Shown: positions 60,577 through 64,000 of the stretch, piece after piece
Layout: every line of letters starts with the position of its first letter
Position numbering within the stretch: position 1 is the first letter of the stretch
Assembly (NCBI GenBank): GCA_963748215.1
Contig: CAVVHS010000006.1
Coordinates: forward strand, 896,001 to 960,000
DNA from: an uncultured Gammaproteobacteria bacterium
GTDB lineage: Bacteria > Pseudomonadota > Gammaproteobacteria > UBA9214
Direction: 5' to 3'
Length of the DNA stretch: 64,000 nucleotides
Program-made: the position numbers and the translations under genes
The notes under the pieces: generated by a model
Seen by the model: the letters and a program-made list of their open reading frames with translations, nothing else
Databases searched by the model: none
Told to the model about the DNA's origin: nothing

Positions 60577-61722
60577 CTACTCCATCAGGTCGACATGAAT
60601 ACCTCGCGCCTCCAGGGCGTCGGCACGCGCAGCGATATAGCGCTGGAAGTCGGGCTGCTCCAGGTAGGCGCGAGAGGCAACATAGTCCATGGCGGACTGG
60701 GTGTGGAAGGCCTTCAGGTAGGCCTCGGTACGAAATACCTCCCGGTTGTCCGCATCGAAGAACAGCAGTGACGGCGCATACTGCACCTTCAGGTCCCTGG
60801 CCCACTCCGCGATGCTGCTTTTCCGGCCGTCCGTGCGCGACACCGGCGCATTCGACCACATGTCGAGCAGCACCACGTCGAAGCGCGCCAATTGCACGCG
60901 GCTTGCCGGGCGCTGCAGGATGTCCTGGTGCAGCTCATCGCAGGGTGCGCAGTCCGCCTGTTCGAACAGCACCAGCAGCGGCTTGCCGCTGTCACGAGCG
61001 GCCAGGTCGGTGGCGGCCGACAGGAAGGATGCATCGGTGTACAGCTTGCCGCTGGCCGGGGCCGGATCGACCTGTGCCAGATAGCCACGGAAGTCCGGCG
61101 CATCGCCGCTGTATTGCGCGCCATAGTCGAGCGCGGCATTGAACTTGTGCGGCGGGTAGTAGCCATTCAGTCGCAGCACAATCCTGCCCTGTTCGTCCAG
61201 GAACAGCAGGGTCGGCGTGAACATGACGCGCAACTGTTTTGCGAATTCCTTCTCGGTGGTGTGCATTCCCGCCAGATCGGTGACCTCGCGGTCACCCCAC
61301 ATGTTGATGGCGATCACGTCGAAATTGTCGCGCGTGCGCTGCACGGTATCGGCGAGGGCGAAATTGGTATCGAGCAGTTTTTTACAGTAGGGACAGCCGT
61401 CCTGGTAGAAATACAGCAGCACCCGCTTGCCCTGCGCCTGTGCCTCGGCGATGTCCTCGCGGATGTCGAGGAAGGAATTGGCGAACCATTCCGGCTTGTC
61501 CTCGTAACCGGGATTGACCATGCCGGCGGCCAGTTCCGCGACCGGCGGGTTCGCGGTCGAGGCCTCATGCACCGCGGCCTGCATCTCCGGTTCAGCGACG
61601 GCCGGGACCGGCGGCTTGCTGTCGCAGCCGGTCAGCAGCATGACCGCCAGCAACCATCCGGCAACGCCGCGCGCGACCGACACACCCGGCATGCGGACCG
61701 GACCAACCCCTGTTCTGTTCAT
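60577..61722 (-). CDS. SoxW-like tandem thioredoxin-fold lipoprotein
   Basis: Lipobox LTGC; KP.WF..SFLD..ED; CPYC and CAPC motifs in two thioredoxin domains. Confidence 0.78.
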   Translation of the reverse strand: MNRTGVGPVRMPGVSVARGVAGWLLAVMLLTGCDSKPPVPAVAEPEMQAAVHEASTANPPVAELAAGMVNPGYEDKPEWFANSFLDIREDIAEAQAQGKRVLLYFYQDGCPYCKKLLDTNFALADTVQRTRDNFDVIAINMWGDREVTDLAGMHTTEKEFAKQLRVMFTPTLLFLDEQGRIVLRLNGYYPPHKFNAALDYGAQYSGDAPDFRGYLAQVDPAPASGKLYTDASFLSAATDLAARDSGKPLLVLFEQADCAPCDELHQDILQRPASRVQLARFDVVLLDMWSNAPVSRTDGRKSSIAEWARDLKVQYAPSLLFFDADNREVFRTEAYLKAFHTQSAMDYVASRAYLEQPDFQRYIAARADALEARGIHVDLME

Positions 61723-61816
61723 GGCATGCCTCCACGTGTGCCCTGGCTGATTCTAGCACCTGCCGTCACGGCCGGAAAAAAACGCGCGCCGGCTGCTGAA
61801 CCCTGTCAGCCTGCAT

Positions 61817-62473
61817 TCAGCCTGCCGCCGGGCAGGCAGCGCGCAATACGCACGCCGTGCACGCCGGCCTGACCCGGCAGTGGTCCTTGGCATGACGCAC
61901 GATCAGTGCATGGTATTCCTGGTACAGGCCGACGTCCCGTCCCAGCCTGCGCTCGATGGTCTGCCGCAGCGCGTCATAAGGCTCGTCGCCCGCGCACAAT
62001 GCCAGCCTGGCAAACAGCCGGCGGGTGTAGGCGTCGATCACGAACACCGGCCGGTCGAAGGCATACAGCAGGATGTCGTCCGCCGTCTCGTGACCGATAC
62101 CGTTTACATCCAGCAGCGCGGCACGCAGCGTCCCGGTCTCGAGGCGCGCCAACGCATTGAAGCCGCCGCTGTCCAGATACCAGCGGCAGAAATTCTTCAG
62201 CCGCGCGGCCTTGATATTGAAATACCCGGACGGCCGCAGCCAGCCGGCGAGGTGGTCGCGGCGCGCCGCGACAATGCGGTGCGCGTCAAGCCGGTCGCGT
62301 GTCCGCAGGTTGGCGATGGCCCGCTCGACGTTGCTCCACGCGGTATTCTGCGTCAGCACCGCGCCGACCATGACTTCGAAGGGTGTCTGTGCCGGCCACC
62401 AGTGCTGCGGGCCGTAGGCAGCGAACAGCCGCCGGTAAACCGCGGGCAGCGTCCAGCGCCTGCGCGCGGTCAT
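61817..62473 (-). CDS. endonuclease III-related HhH-GPD protein
   Basis: GPQHWWP, GAVLTQNT.W.NV, GIG.ETAD.ILLYA, DAY..R, C-terminal 4-Cys motif. Confidence 0.88.
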   Translation of the reverse strand: MTARRRWTLPAVYRRLFAAYGPQHWWPAQTPFEVMVGAVLTQNTAWSNVERAIANLRTRDRLDAHRIVAARRDHLAGWLRPSGYFNIKAARLKNFCRWYLDSGGFNALARLETGTLRAALLDVNGIGHETADDILLYAFDRPVFVIDAYTRRLFARLALCAGDEPYDALRQTIERRLGRDVGLYQEYHALIVRHAKDHCRVRPACTACVLRAACPAAG

Positions 62474-63264
62474 CTCCGCGTGCGTTGTCCGCGCCGTGCC
62501 GGCGCGCGGCGCGGCGGTGGCGGCCTGGGAGCCGGCAGTCGCACGGCGGCGTACAGGGCCTCGACCTCCTGCCGGGCAAGATCGCGGAACCGGCCGGCGC
62601 GCAATTCCGGTGGCAGGCCGATGGGGCCGAAACGCACCCGGATCAGGCGGCTGACCTGCACGCCCTGGGATTCCCAAAGCCGGCGCACCTCGCGGTTGCG
62701 GCCTTCGCGGACGGTCACGTGGTACCAGTGGTTCGCGCCCTGCCCACCCGCATCCCGGATGGTGCCGAAGGCGGCCATGCCATCATCGAGCATCACGCCT
62801 TCCATCAGGTTCAGCAGCACCTGCTCGCCCACGTTACCCAGCACACGCACCGCGTACTCGCGCTCGATCTCATAGGACGGGTGCATGAGGCGGTGCGCGA
62901 GTTCGCCGTCTGTGGTCACCAGCAGCAGGCCGGCGGTGTTGAAATCGAGGCGGCCGATGGTGATCCAGCGACTGTTCCTGATCTTCGGCAGGCTGTCGAA
63001 TACCGTGGGGCGTCCGGCCTCGTCCTTGCGCGTGGTGATTTCGCCGGCCGGTTTGTGATAGATCATCGTGCGCGGCTCCGGCGCGGTCGCCGCCAGCGTT
63101 ACCAGTCGACCGTCGACCTGGATGCGGTCGCGGTCGGTGACGCTGATGCCGAGCTCCGCCGGCTGGTCGTTTACCGTGATCCTGCCGGCACGGATCCAGT
63201 CCTCGATCTCACGCCGGGAGCCGAGGCCGGCGCGGGCCAGCACTTTTTGCAGACGTTCAGCCAT
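62470..63264 (-). CDS. rluB: 23S rRNA pseudouridine synthase B
   Basis: ERLQKVLA.AG.GSRR, GRLDFNT.GLLL, MHPS, EGRNREVRR; follows scpB. Confidence 0.92.
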   Translation of the reverse strand: MAERLQKVLARAGLGSRREIEDWIRAGRITVNDQPAELGISVTDRDRIQVDGRLVTLAATAPEPRTMIYHKPAGEITTRKDEAGRPTVFDSLPKIRNSRWITIGRLDFNTAGLLLVTTDGELAHRLMHPSYEIEREYAVRVLGNVGEQVLLNLMEGVMLDDGMAAFGTIRDAGGQGANHWYHVTVREGRNREVRRLWESQGVQVSRLIRVRFGPIGLPPELRAGRFRDLARQEVEALYAAVRLPAPRPPPPRRAPARRGQRTRR

Positions 63265-63298
63265 GGGATTTTACGGGCACCCCGCAACGGGGCGGGAG

Positions 63299-63997
63299 TC
63301 AGTGCAGGGTGGCGCCGCTTTCGCCTTCAGACGCCTCGTTGACCGGCGCCGGTTCCGCCGCTTCCGCATCATTGACGGCATCGGCTTCCGTGCCTTCCCC
63401 GGCATCGGCCGACTCGACCAGCAGCCCGGGTATCTCACTGAGATCGAGCTGCAGTTCCTTGCCGATGGCATTCAGGTCGCGCAGTTCGGCCAGCGAAGGC
63501 AATTCGTCCAGGTTTTTCAGGCTGAAGTAGTTGAGGAACTGCCGGGTGGTACCGTACATCGCCGGACGGCCCGGCACGTCTCGGTGACCGACCACCTGCA
63601 CCCATTCGCGTTCCTGCAGGGTCTTCATGATGTTGGTGCTGACGGTGACACCGCGCACCTCCTCGATCTCGCCGCGCGTGATCGGCTGCCGGTAGGCGAT
63701 CAGGGCGAGTGTCTCCAGCAGCGCGCGCGAATAGCGCGCCGGTTTCTCTTCCCACAGCCGCCCGACCCAGGCCTGCATGGTCTCGCGCACCTGGATACGG
63801 TAGCCGCCGCCGACCTCGACCAGCGCAATGCCGCGGCCCTCGTAGTCGGCAGCGAGCAACGCGACCGCCTCGCGGATGGCGTCGCGCCCGGGTTTTTCGT
63901 GCTCCTCGAACATGACCAGTAACTGGTCGATGTTCAGTGGACGTCCGGCGGCCAGCAGCATGGCCTCGATGATCAGTTTCAGTTGTTCGTTTTCCAT
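63299..63997 (-). CDS. scpB: SMC-Scp complex subunit ScpB
   Basis: IEAML.A, YSRALLETLA.IAYRQP.TR..IE..RGV, GRP..Y.TT..FL..F.L..L.ELP. Confidence 0.94.
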   Translation of the reverse strand: MENEQLKLIIEAMLLAAGRPLNIDQLLVMFEEHEKPGRDAIREAVALLAADYEGRGIALVEVGGGYRIQVRETMQAWVGRLWEEKPARYSRALLETLALIAYRQPITRGEIEEVRGVTVSTNIMKTLQEREWVQVVGHRDVPGRPAMYGTTRQFLNYFSLKNLDELPSLAELRDLNAIGKELQLDLSEIPGLLVESADAGEGTEADAVNDAEAAEPAPVNEASEGESGATLH

Positions 63998-64000
63998 GAT

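Overview
High-GC Gammaproteobacterial chromosome segment, plausibly a Chromatiales/Thiohalobacter-like sulfur oxidiser (inferred from a SoxW-like thioredoxin and an SOR-like protein). Core blocks: infC-thrS with tRNA-Val; uvrB/aspartate aminotransferase; the gyrA-serC-serA-pheA-hisC-tyrA-aroA-cmk-rpsA-ihfB-lapB-pyrF-comEA-manC-galU supraoperon; mtnA/ompA/mscS/mtaD-ubiG-gph-rmuC-yciK; scpB-rluB-endonuclease III-like. Frameshifts cluster in uvrB, the aminotransferase, katG, serA, serC and gyrA, and thrS has an in-frame TAG; these are most likely long-read consensus errors. Accessory content: (i) a 5.7-kb integrase-less island at tRNA-Asn, bounded by a 47-bp direct repeat with a third 18-bp copy, carrying two divergently oriented paralogues of an unnamed ~300-aa family, a DUF429 nuclease-like gene, a LON-N domain gene, an IS91 remnant and a Tat-exported intradiol-dioxygenase-like gene; (ii) a 149-aa protein that looks like a single-domain sulfur oxygenase reductase retaining the Cys and His-His-Glu motifs, behind an Rrf2/IscR-like operator, near an AhpD-Rieske fusion and a decayed partner gene (best candidate for an undescribed system); (iii) a translationally coupled DUF211-VIT1/CCC1-P-type ATPase operon; (iv) many REP/MITE families, including a three-copy hairpin module with a compensatory base change. 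No CRISPR array, prophage or rRNA was found. Family assignments come from motif recognition by eye; no database searches were run.
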